64,000 nucleotides of DNA from an uncultured Pseudomonadales bacterium (GTDB taxonomy: Bacteria > Patescibacteriota > Microgenomatia > UBA1400 > UBA1396): contig CAZRWP010000004.1 of the NCBI GenBank assembly GCA_964603945.1, positions 12,979 through 76,978 on the forward strand. The letters are read 5' to 3'. This document shows, in pieces, positions 56,941 through 64,000 of the stretch (positions within the stretch are counted from its first letter, which is position 1; each line of letters opens with the position of its first letter). The translations under genes and the position numbers were made by a program. The notes below the pieces were generated by a model, which saw only the letters and a list, made by a program, of their open reading frames with translations, did not search any database and had not been told where the DNA came from.

Positions 56941-57840
56941 TTACATGCTTCGCAGGCGGGCGATTCGCTCTTCCATTGGCGGATGCGTATTGAATAAACC
57001 GGCAAACCAACCGATCGCGTCGCGGTGGTCCTTGAGCGGATTGGTAATGTACAGGTGAGCTGTTGCCTTATTGGCTGTCTCAAGTGGCTGATGATCGGCG
57101 CTTAATTTCTCCAGTGCCCGCGCTAAGCCCTCTGGGTAATTAGTTATCTTGGCGGCACTGGCATCAGCTAAGTATTCACGACTGCGAGAAATAGCCAATT
57201 TAATTAGCTGAGCTATAAAGGGCGATAAAATGGCCAGCGCAAAACCCAGCAAAACAAAGACGGCTGTTAACTGGCCGCTCTCGCGCTCGCGCCGGCGCCC
57301 GCCAAACATGCTCCAGCGCAAAAATAGATCTCCTAACAAGGCAATCAGGCCAACCATAATGGCCACCATCGACATCAATCTAATATCGTAGTTGCGAACG
57401 TGGGACAACTCATGCGCCACCACGCCTTCTAGTTCAGTCCGGTCCAGCTTGGCTAACAGGCCGGTGGTCGCGCACACCACGGCGTGTTCCGGGTCGCGGC
57501 CGGTGGCAAAGGCATTCATGGCGGAATCTTCAATTACGTATAGATCGGGCATTGGCAAACGGGCTGCAAGGGCCAAGTTTTCAGTCACCGTGTAAAAGTT
57601 GAAGTCTTTTTGACGATCCGCCGGCCGCGCGCCGCTCAAACTCAAAACCATTCGGTCAGAATAATAATAACCAACCAAACTGCTAACGCCAGCTAAAACT
57701 AAGGCAAAACCCACACTGCTCAGACCAAAATCCATCACCTGCGCAAAAACATAGGCCACCGCCATGGTGAACAGAAAAAAGCCGATCACAATTACCCACG
57801 ATTTTCGTTTATTGCTGGCAATTTGACTGTACACCGACAT
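56941..57840 (-). CDS. htpX: Membrane zinc metalloprotease HtpX (M48)
   Basis: HELSHV zinc-binding motif and transmembrane helices flanking the catalytic domain. Confidence 0.9.
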   Translation of the reverse strand: MSVYSQIASNKRKSWVIVIGFFLFTMAVAYVFAQVMDFGLSSVGFALVLAGVSSLVGYYYSDRMVLSLSGARPADRQKDFNFYTVTENLALAARLPMPDLYVIEDSAMNAFATGRDPEHAVVCATTGLLAKLDRTELEGVVAHELSHVRNYDIRLMSMVAIMVGLIALLGDLFLRWSMFGGRRRERESGQLTAVFVLLGFALAILSPFIAQLIKLAISRSREYLADASAAKITNYPEGLARALEKLSADHQPLETANKATAHLYITNPLKDHRDAIGWFAGLFNTHPPMEERIARLRSM

Positions 57841-57869
57841 GGCGACGGCCTCCTAATCTCAAATTAAAA

Positions 57870-58457
57870 TTAAAGATCAACTTTGACGTCTTGGGTTTCA
57901 CCAACTGATACTTCCACATGCTCACCTGACATGGGTGTAACCAAGCCGGCTTGCTTCTTAAAACCAAACAGATTGGCCACAATGTTTGACGGGAAAGTAA
58001 CCAATTTCTGGTTGAAATTCTGGGTGAGGTCAATCAAGGCGCGGCGTGAGTAGGTCAACTTGTCAGCCGTATCACGTAGTTCAGCCATAAATTGCTGAAT
58101 TGTTTCGTTGCTTTTAAGTTCTGGATTGTCTTCAACCATTACTTGCAGACGGGGCAAAACCTCATTAAGCTGTCGCTCTACTTTTTCCAGAGAGGCGCCA
58201 GTGGTGTCTTTGACCGCAGCGTCCACACTCTTGCGGGCGTCAGTTAACATCTCAAAAATGCCTTTTTCCTGCTTGAGGTAGGCCTTAACCGAGGTCTGTA
58301 AATTAGGAATCAAATTGGCCTGACGTTTAAGTTGGTTGCCTATTTCCTGAATCGAAGCCTCAATTTGTGTCAGCAGTGTCTGCAGTGAATTGTAGACCGA
58401 GATGCCGTAGATAACGGCCACCGCCAAAACTCCCAGAATTATCAGTAATACTTCCAT
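57870..58457 (-). CDS. lemA: LemA family protein
   Basis: N-terminal transmembrane helix plus the LemA signature (YNSLQTLLTQIEASIQEIGNQLKRQANLIPNL). Confidence 0.85.
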   Translation of the reverse strand: MEVLLIILGVLAVAVIYGISVYNSLQTLLTQIEASIQEIGNQLKRQANLIPNLQTSVKAYLKQEKGIFEMLTDARKSVDAAVKDTTGASLEKVERQLNEVLPRLQVMVEDNPELKSNETIQQFMAELRDTADKLTYSRRALIDLTQNFNQKLVTFPSNIVANLFGFKKQAGLVTPMSGEHVEVSVGETQDVKVDL

Positions 58458-58648
58458 GTTTACTCCTTCTTTAACTTATTAGCTTATTCTACCAAGCTTA
58501 TCTATGCTGATAAATATAGAGAATAACCGTAAGAAATAAGTATGAAGGCAATGGTGGGAAAAGCTTACTAAAAAAGTTCGAAGATGTTTCATGAACGCTT
58601 TGAGCTTTAGCTCACGCTGTAGTGAATGAAACATTTTTGAACTTATCT

Positions 58649-58725
58649 TGGCGGTCGCGACCGGACTCGAACCGGCGATCTCTTCTGTGACAGAGAAGTA
58701 TGTTAACCAACTACACCACGCGACC
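58649..58725 (-). tRNA. tRNA-Asp (anticodon GTC), CCA encoded
   Basis: Reverse complement GGTCGCG-TG-GTGT-AGTTGGTTA-ACAT-A-CTTCT-CTGTCAC-AGAAG-AGATC-GCCGG-TTCGAGT-CCGGT-CGCGACC-G-CCA. Confidence 0.85.
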
Positions 58726-58977
58726 ACCCGCGCAAATACGCGTAGATGCATATTATATTGAATCCTAGGCCATAGACAAGGAGCGGTTCAACTTTCTCAA
58801 GAGTATCCTACTGCGCTTGATCTAAACAACCTTAGAGCATGAATTCTAACTCTTCTTTACTATCATCAAGAGTAACGCACCCTATCAAATACTCCTTGCG
58901 TCTTTGCCCAAAATGTCATACTGTAGAAGTAATCTAAGGTAGAAATAATAAACCAAACAAAGATATAAGGAGGGCAC

Positions 58978-59520
58978 ATGGCCGATAATAATAGACGAGT
59001 CATTGATGTAGCCGGAGCTGACCGCGAAACAATTATCAGCATCATTTTGGGAGCCATTGTTGTAATCATAATCGGAGCTTTAGCTTTTCGCTATTTCCAG
59101 AATACAGAAAATGGTGAGGTTGCCACGCCTGAATCGGAATTAACTGAGCCACAAGTAGTAGAAGTTGAAGAACTTCCTGATGGTGAAGTCATGGTCGAAG
59201 AAACTGACGAAGGTCAGGTTCCCGCCAACTTGCCCGCCCGCTACACTGTCAAAGAAGGCGAATCTACCTGGCGAATTGCTGAAGCTTTTTACGGCTCTGG
59301 CTTTAACTACACCGATATTGAAATTGCCAACGATCTCGCCCCTGAAGAAGGCTTGGTGGTCGGCCAAGTGCTGACCATTCCCCGCGTCCCAGTACGCACC
59401 GCTGACACCGCCGCCGCTCCCCGCGACGTGACCGCCGAAAACGGCGCCATGCCTGCTGAGCAAACTGGTGGACCAACCAAGGGCGACGATTCCGCCGCCG
59501 AAGCCGCCTTGGCTGAGTAA
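58978..59520 (+). CDS. Membrane-anchored LysM domain protein
   Basis: N-terminal transmembrane helix, an acidic linker, and the LysM motif YTVKEGESTWRIAEAFYG…DIEIAN…LVVGQVLTIP. A GC-rich stem-loop terminator (gccgcctc-gcta-gaggcggc) follows at 59545-59564. Confidence 0.7.
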   Translation: MADNNRRVIDVAGADRETIISIILGAIVVIIIGALAFRYFQNTENGEVATPESELTEPQVVEVEELPDGEVMVEETDEGQVPANLPARYTVKEGESTWRIAEAFYGSGFNYTDIEIANDLAPEEGLVVGQVLTIPRVPVRTADTAAAPRDVTAENGAMPAEQTGGPTKGDDSAAEAALAE

Positions 59521-59621
59521 GACATACTTTTGATAAATCTGCGGGCCGCCTCGCTAGAGGCGGCTCGCTTCCGTTCTCCAATACAAATTCCTGAAACATC
59601 TAAACCAGATCTTCTAAACTG

Positions 59622-59694
59622 AGCCGACGGTGGGAGTCGAACCCACGACCTATGGTTTACGATACCAGCGCTCTACCAACTGAGCTACGTCGGC
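59622..59694 (-). tRNA. tRNA-Thr (anticodon CGT)
   Basis: Reverse complement GCCGACG-TA-GCTC-AGTTGGTA-GAGC-G-CTGGT-ATCGTAA-ACCAT-AGGTC-GTGGG-TTCGACT-CCCAC-CGTCGGC-T. There is one C·U mismatch at positions 27-43. Confidence 0.75.
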
Positions 59695-59795
59695 TAGATC
59701 AGGAAGCCACTAAAACAAGCCCCTTCAATAACAACTCAAATTGTATCATTGGCTAGTTTGTTTTATAATCTGGAAATCCTGACTCAAGGATCCTT

Positions 59796-59866
59796 TACCG
59801 GATGGTGAAATGGTATCACAGAGGCCTTTGAAGCCTTTATTCTAGGTTCGAATCCTAGTCCGGTAA
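59796..59866 (+). tRNA. tRNA-Gln (anticodon TTG)
   Basis: TACCGGA-TG-GTGA-AATGGTA-TCAC-A-GAGGC-CTTTGAA-GCCTT-TATT-CTAGG-TTCGAAT-CCTAG-TCCGGTA-A. A U1-A72 pair is typical of bacterial tRNA-Gln. Confidence 0.75.
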
Positions 59867-59919
59867 CAAATCTCTTTGGTTAAGGTGACAAAAACCTTTA
59901 AGCTCCCCAGGCACAGAAC

Positions 59920-60720
59920 TCAATTTACCTTTAACATGGTTAGTTGTGCATTATCTAGCCTTACGCGCTTGAGGTACATAAATAGGTTGCGCCACAAAAT
60001 AAGTGAATCTAGAAATATCCTAAGCTGGTTATATAATTCTGGCGAATTATTAATGGATTCGGCAAGGCTACCAACAAGATGTGAGTTATTTTTATGTCGA
60101 TCAATTACTTGATATCGGGCTAAATCCAAAAGCTCATCTAACCAATGATCAATGTCTACAAATGTTGTGTGTAGATTCTCAAGATTTTCGATTTTATCCA
60201 TCTCGACTGATATCAGTGCGATCATTTGCTCTAAAGCATCAATGGAGTCTTGTTTTTCATTCGTTTTAAATTTAGAAATTAGATCGGGAAAGATATTAAG
60301 CGTGTCATTATTATAGTTACTATCATTAGTTTTTACTTTTGGATTATTAAATGTCGTCAGTAGTTCGCTTAATTTATCAGTAAAAATACAGGCTAATCTT
60401 TTTAACTCGTTAAAAATAACTTTTTCATTGTTAAAAGCCATTACTTTAGTTTCAGAATCAGGCGCAACATCTACTTCAGGAAATTTTCTTATGGCAAGTG
60501 GGTCATAGACAACAATACTCATTTCTGACCTGAAGTCAATTTCGGATACTGCGCGGTGACCATTTCCATTTTTTGATAAATCTAGTTCATTAAGCTCAGC
60601 TAAAATAGCTTGAACCTCAACCATGGTAAATTTTTCAAGTGATGCCTTGTCGCCGGCGTGCAGACCTTGTTTAATCCAGGCTGCCCAAATATCAAAGGAA
60701 ATTGGGTCACTTTCTGACAT
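59920..60720 (-). CDS. Hypothetical protein (AT-rich islet)
   Basis: 266-aa ORF, 5 nt downstream of the preceding gene on the same strand. No motifs. Confidence 0.4.
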   Translation of the reverse strand: MSESDPISFDIWAAWIKQGLHAGDKASLEKFTMVEVQAILAELNELDLSKNGNGHRAVSEIDFRSEMSIVVYDPLAIRKFPEVDVAPDSETKVMAFNNEKVIFNELKRLACIFTDKLSELLTTFNNPKVKTNDSNYNNDTLNIFPDLISKFKTNEKQDSIDALEQMIALISVEMDKIENLENLHTTFVDIDHWLDELLDLARYQVIDRHKNNSHLVGSLAESINNSPELYNQLRIFLDSLILWRNLFMYLKRVRLDNAQLTMLKVN

Positions 60721-60725
60721 TTTAC

Positions 60726-61658
60726 TTACCTTACTACCGCTGAGGTGCGATTCATAAGTTCACGTGGATTATCAGCTCTTAATTTAGATAGAGCTTGCAA
60801 TGCCTTCTGGGCAAGATCTTTTTGTTCTTTAAATTTGGCTGGTCTAACTTGATTTGGAAAACCCTGAGCTAGATTTTTAGCCACCGTAATAATTTTTTCT
60901 AATTCTACTTCCGCCCATCTGGCTACATCGGTAGCTAATCTCTCCAATTGTTCCGCGGTCGTGGCAATATGCAGCTGATTCTCAAAATCTACCAGCCTTC
61001 TGGTTAGTTCATCCAGTTGTGGGCTTAGATATATTCCAGCCATCATATCTTCGGGCAAAGCAACAACGTCTCGTCCCTGATGATAATTATAGTGCTGACC
61101 ATTATTCTCTGGTGGCAAAATTGCGTTACCATTGAATATATTGCTATTTGGAGTTGGAGGCGTTGGCCTAGACTTGGTTTGCTGATGAGAATTTATAAAT
61201 AATCGCAGGTTACTTAATATTGTATTGAGCAAGTTGTAGTAACGCTGATGAGCTTTTTGATATTCAGGGTTGAATCGATATTCTTGATCAATATAAGCCG
61301 GAGGATCTAGCTCAGGAAAGTCTATGATCTTACCCTTATAAAATGGTTTTACACTAATGTTTTCGAAAGTCAAATCCTTTATCGCCATCAGCTGTTTATA
61401 AGCATTTATTGTAATTATTTGGTAAATATTTTGTAATTTTACCGCTTGAATATAGTTAGATTCTATCGTTTTAGTGAAGATGATTAAGTAGATATCTCTA
61501 CACAAGCTACATGAGCGACTGCCTTCTGCCATTAAGTTTTCTGACTGCTCTCGCCGAATAATAGCTGATATGGCCACTATTTCTAAATCGGTTAATATGA
61601 AGATTTTGATTGATGCATCAGCAAATAATAAGCTATATATACAATTAGCACTCTCCAC
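60726..61658 (-). CDS. Hypothetical protein (AT-rich islet)
   Basis: 310-aa ORF with a P/T-rich central linker. No motifs. Confidence 0.4.
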   Translation of the reverse strand: MESANCIYSLLFADASIKIFILTDLEIVAISAIIRREQSENLMAEGSRSCSLCRDIYLIIFTKTIESNYIQAVKLQNIYQIITINAYKQLMAIKDLTFENISVKPFYKGKIIDFPELDPPAYIDQEYRFNPEYQKAHQRYYNLLNTILSNLRLFINSHQQTKSRPTPPTPNSNIFNGNAILPPENNGQHYNYHQGRDVVALPEDMMAGIYLSPQLDELTRRLVDFENQLHIATTAEQLERLATDVARWAEVELEKIITVAKNLAQGFPNQVRPAKFKEQKDLAQKALQALSKLRADNPRELMNRTSAVVR

Positions 61659-61695
61659 GCGAGAGTGCTAACTTAAACTTCTCTGATGAATGCGA

Positions 61696-62430
61696 CTAGC
61701 GAAGCTCAAACACCACCATAACCGTCCGACTGACGGTACTAGTGCCTGGCTCGACTGGCGTTCCACCGCCGCCTAGACGGCGTGATTCGAACATTGGCAC
61801 AATCGGACTATTCTGGCTCATGGATTCATCAATGGTCAGGATTTCACCCAAGCTGGCGCCGGCGTTGGTGGCCAGTTGCTCAGCTTTGGTTTTGGCATCT
61901 TCAATCGCACTCTGGAGTAGTTCAGTTTCCGAGCGGTTCTCATTGTCCAGCTGAAAGTTTGGACCATAAACATTAGTCGCACCTGAACGAGCTAGAAGGT
62001 CAGCTAGTTCACTGGCCCGATCGGCCTGGCGCAGGATAACCTCCACTGAATTATTGGCTGACCAACGCACTTCCTGACTCGGATTATTCAAATTGTAGGA
62101 GTCATCAATCCGGTTGATGGAAATATTTTGAGTTTTGATATCTTCTTCAGCTATGCCAAACTCTTTAAGATCAGCAATAATCGTTTCGACACTTTGATTG
62201 ACCTGGTCAACCGCCGTCTGCTTATCAGCATTTACTTCATTAACACCAGCGGTAAACGATGCAATCTCGTTAGTCCGTTTTTCCTGAGAAGTGCCGTAAA
62301 CGGTAATGGTCCGGCTAGGCGCTACTGCCAGGCTGCCCCACTCAATCGGCACCACCGTTACGATGGCAAAAAAGACCGTAATTGCTAAGACCGCAGTTAA
62401 AGGAACGATTAACGTCAACCACTTAAACAT
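61696..62430 (-). CDS. SIMPL-domain (DUF541 / BP26-like) periplasmic protein
   Basis: N-terminal transmembrane or signal segment and the C-terminal VEPGTSTVSRTVMVVFEL signature. Confidence 0.7.
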   Translation of the reverse strand: MFKWLTLIVPLTAVLAITVFFAIVTVVPIEWGSLAVAPSRTITVYGTSQEKRTNEIASFTAGVNEVNADKQTAVDQVNQSVETIIADLKEFGIAEEDIKTQNISINRIDDSYNLNNPSQEVRWSANNSVEVILRQADRASELADLLARSGATNVYGPNFQLDNENRSETELLQSAIEDAKTKAEQLATNAGASLGEILTIDESMSQNSPIVPMFESRRLGGGGTPVEPGTSTVSRTVMVVFELR

Positions 62431-62632
62431 ATAAAAATCAGTATAGCGAATGTCGATTAGGTCTCCAAGAGGTCAATTTGTTTGGCTTCGTTTGTTTTTT
62501 TAGTAAAAGTTCCACATGTTCAGCATCCCATTTATTTTTATCATTTATTTTTATTTTGAATTACGTTTGATTACGAGTTTCTCACTTGTTTCATATGCAA
62601 TCTTGGCATAGCTGGTTTAAATTTGGTTATCG

Positions 62633-63892
62633 ATGAAAATTGTCATGCTGTCGGGAAGTTATCTACCTGAGATTAACGATGTTTCCCGCTACACTCAATT
62701 GCTTAAACAAAAAATGACTGACATTGGCCATGACGTGGCATTGCTGACAGATTTTAGCTCGGCTGACCAAACCCTGGAGGACAATGTTTTTGGCACCGTT
62801 AGTGGGTGGCGAAATCGAGATTTAATTCCGCTAACTCAAGCCATTCTCCATCAAAGACCAGATGTTTTGCACATTCAGCACGCGCCCGCTAATTATCATT
62901 TCCGCCGAGCTATTGGTTGGTTGCCTTTTTTACTACGAGGTTTTGGCGGTCTAATGCCGATTGTCTCGACCTTGCACGAATATGGTAATCGCGAATGGCT
63001 TCCTCGCGGTTTATCTAATGATTTGGTTAGGCGCTGGCATCGCTGGGGCGAAGCGCGCTACCAATGGGATCGGGAGAATTACTCGCTCCTAGCGCAATCA
63101 CAAATAATTATTAGCACGGTTGATTACACAACTCGTTTACTGCTGAGTCGGTTCCCTGAGTTTGAAAGCCGGCTTCGGCAGTTCAGGCCGGCCGGAAATC
63201 TAAAGCAGTATCCGGCCAGCCGCGCCAGCGTGCGCAAGAAGCTTCAGTTGCAGTACGGCTGGCCGGTCAACGCCATAATTTTGACTTACCTAGGTGGCGT
63301 CAAGCCGGAGAGCGGTCTGGAAACTTTACTAACCGCTTTTGCCCAAGCTCAAAGCCGGCGGCCAAATTTGCGCTTGTTGATCATGGGCAGTAATAAAAGC
63401 ATGGGTCTGTCAGAAATACAGACGCAAAAATATTGGGACAAACTGCAGACCAAAATAAAAACCTTTAAACTTAATAATCAAGTTCGTTTTACACAGCGGA
63501 TTAGTGACACGCTTATTTCTGGCTATTTAGTTGCCAGTGACCTCGGGATTTTACCGTCTGACATGGGGGTAAACCTGACCCATCAGCCGCTAATTGATAT
63601 GTTTAGACACCGTTTGCCGGTTATCGTGACTCAGCGTCATCCAAACGAGACACAGTTGGAGCGTCAACTTTTTGCCAAGGTTATCAAGCCATTAGATATT
63701 GAGTCTTTGCGCCAATCAATTCATCAGTTTTCCCGAAGCGCAATCGTCCGCAAAAAACTAGGCCGCTTGGCTCAAGAATTTGCGACCCAATTTTCCTGGG
63801 AACGACTGGAAAAACAACATATTCAGCTGTATCAAGAAATGGGTCGTCTGGCCACCAACCGGTTCGCCCAAAAGCAGTACGCTTCCGGATAG
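62633..63892 (+). CDS. GT-B fold glycosyltransferase (GT4-like)
   Basis: The N-terminus MKIVMLSGSYLPEINDVSRYT is typical of GT4. The C-terminal motif is degenerate. Confidence 0.5.
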   Translation: MKIVMLSGSYLPEINDVSRYTQLLKQKMTDIGHDVALLTDFSSADQTLEDNVFGTVSGWRNRDLIPLTQAILHQRPDVLHIQHAPANYHFRRAIGWLPFLLRGFGGLMPIVSTLHEYGNREWLPRGLSNDLVRRWHRWGEARYQWDRENYSLLAQSQIIISTVDYTTRLLLSRFPEFESRLRQFRPAGNLKQYPASRASVRKKLQLQYGWPVNAIILTYLGGVKPESGLETLLTAFAQAQSRRPNLRLLIMGSNKSMGLSEIQTQKYWDKLQTKIKTFKLNNQVRFTQRISDTLISGYLVASDLGILPSDMGVNLTHQPLIDMFRHRLPVIVTQRHPNETQLERQLFAKVIKPLDIESLRQSIHQFSRSAIVRKKLGRLAQEFATQFSWERLEKQHIQLYQEMGRLATNRFAQKQYASG

Positions 63893-64000
63893 GTTTCAAC
63901 TTCTGACAGTATTCGCATTGTTGTTAACTGAATGCTTAAACTTCTAGCTTAACTCACCGCGCCAATCTTAAAGCTAAATCTCTAGCTTAAAGTGTCGGCC

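Noticed and set aside
58479-58751. 90-aa ORF on the minus strand
   Set aside because: It fully overlaps tRNA-Asp and is spurious.

Overview
This 64-kb window looks like part of a small, compact bacterial chromosome of mixed GC content. The gene content suggests a reduced-genome lineage such as Patescibacteria/CPR, but that is inference only. All calls below were made by eye from motifs and gene order.

Most of the window is core housekeeping on the minus strand:
- A trimmed division/cell-wall (dcw) cluster of mraZ-rsmH-ftsL-ftsI-murE, interrupted by a NUDIX gene.
- ruvC-ruvA-ruvB.
- An envelope glycosylation cluster: two GT4 glycosyltransferases, an ArnT/PMT-like GT-C, a UXS-like UDP-sugar decarboxylase/epimerase and a GT4-like gene.
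- FtsE-FtsX plus an M23/EnvC-like hydrolase, prfB, an MsbA-like ABC exporter, and a MacA/MacB-like tripartite pump.
- murF, dnaE, gatCAB, a KamA / C39-like / ATP-grasp cassette, fbaB, clpB, htpX and lemA.
- tRNA-Asp, tRNA-Thr and tRNA-Gln, a LysM protein, a SIMPL protein and a GT-B glycosyltransferase.

The accessory content is the more interesting part:
1. A visibly AT-rich island of about 10.6 kb (about 17.6-28.2 kb) sits at a tRNA-Pro(GGG). It is bounded by a 12-bp direct repeat of the tRNA 3' end. It carries a large serine recombinase, an MmeI-like Type IIG restriction-modification protein, and a ClpP-fold SDH-family peptidase convergent with a two-gene module (a small protein plus a DUF4145-like protein). 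It also carries a membrane protein with a highly structured leader and a C-free iteron-like repeat block.
2. A roughly 90-bp nested-palindrome repeat occurs three times, always just upstream of the start of a minus-strand gene (mraZ, the UXS-like gene, prfB).
3. A KamA(radical-SAM aminomutase) / C39-like peptidase / Ddl-like ATP-grasp cassette is wedged between fbaB and gatCAB.
4. A second small AT-rich islet of two unknown proteins lies next to the tRNA-Thr/tRNA-Gln pair.
5. A CIRCE-like operator precedes an N-domain-less clpB.
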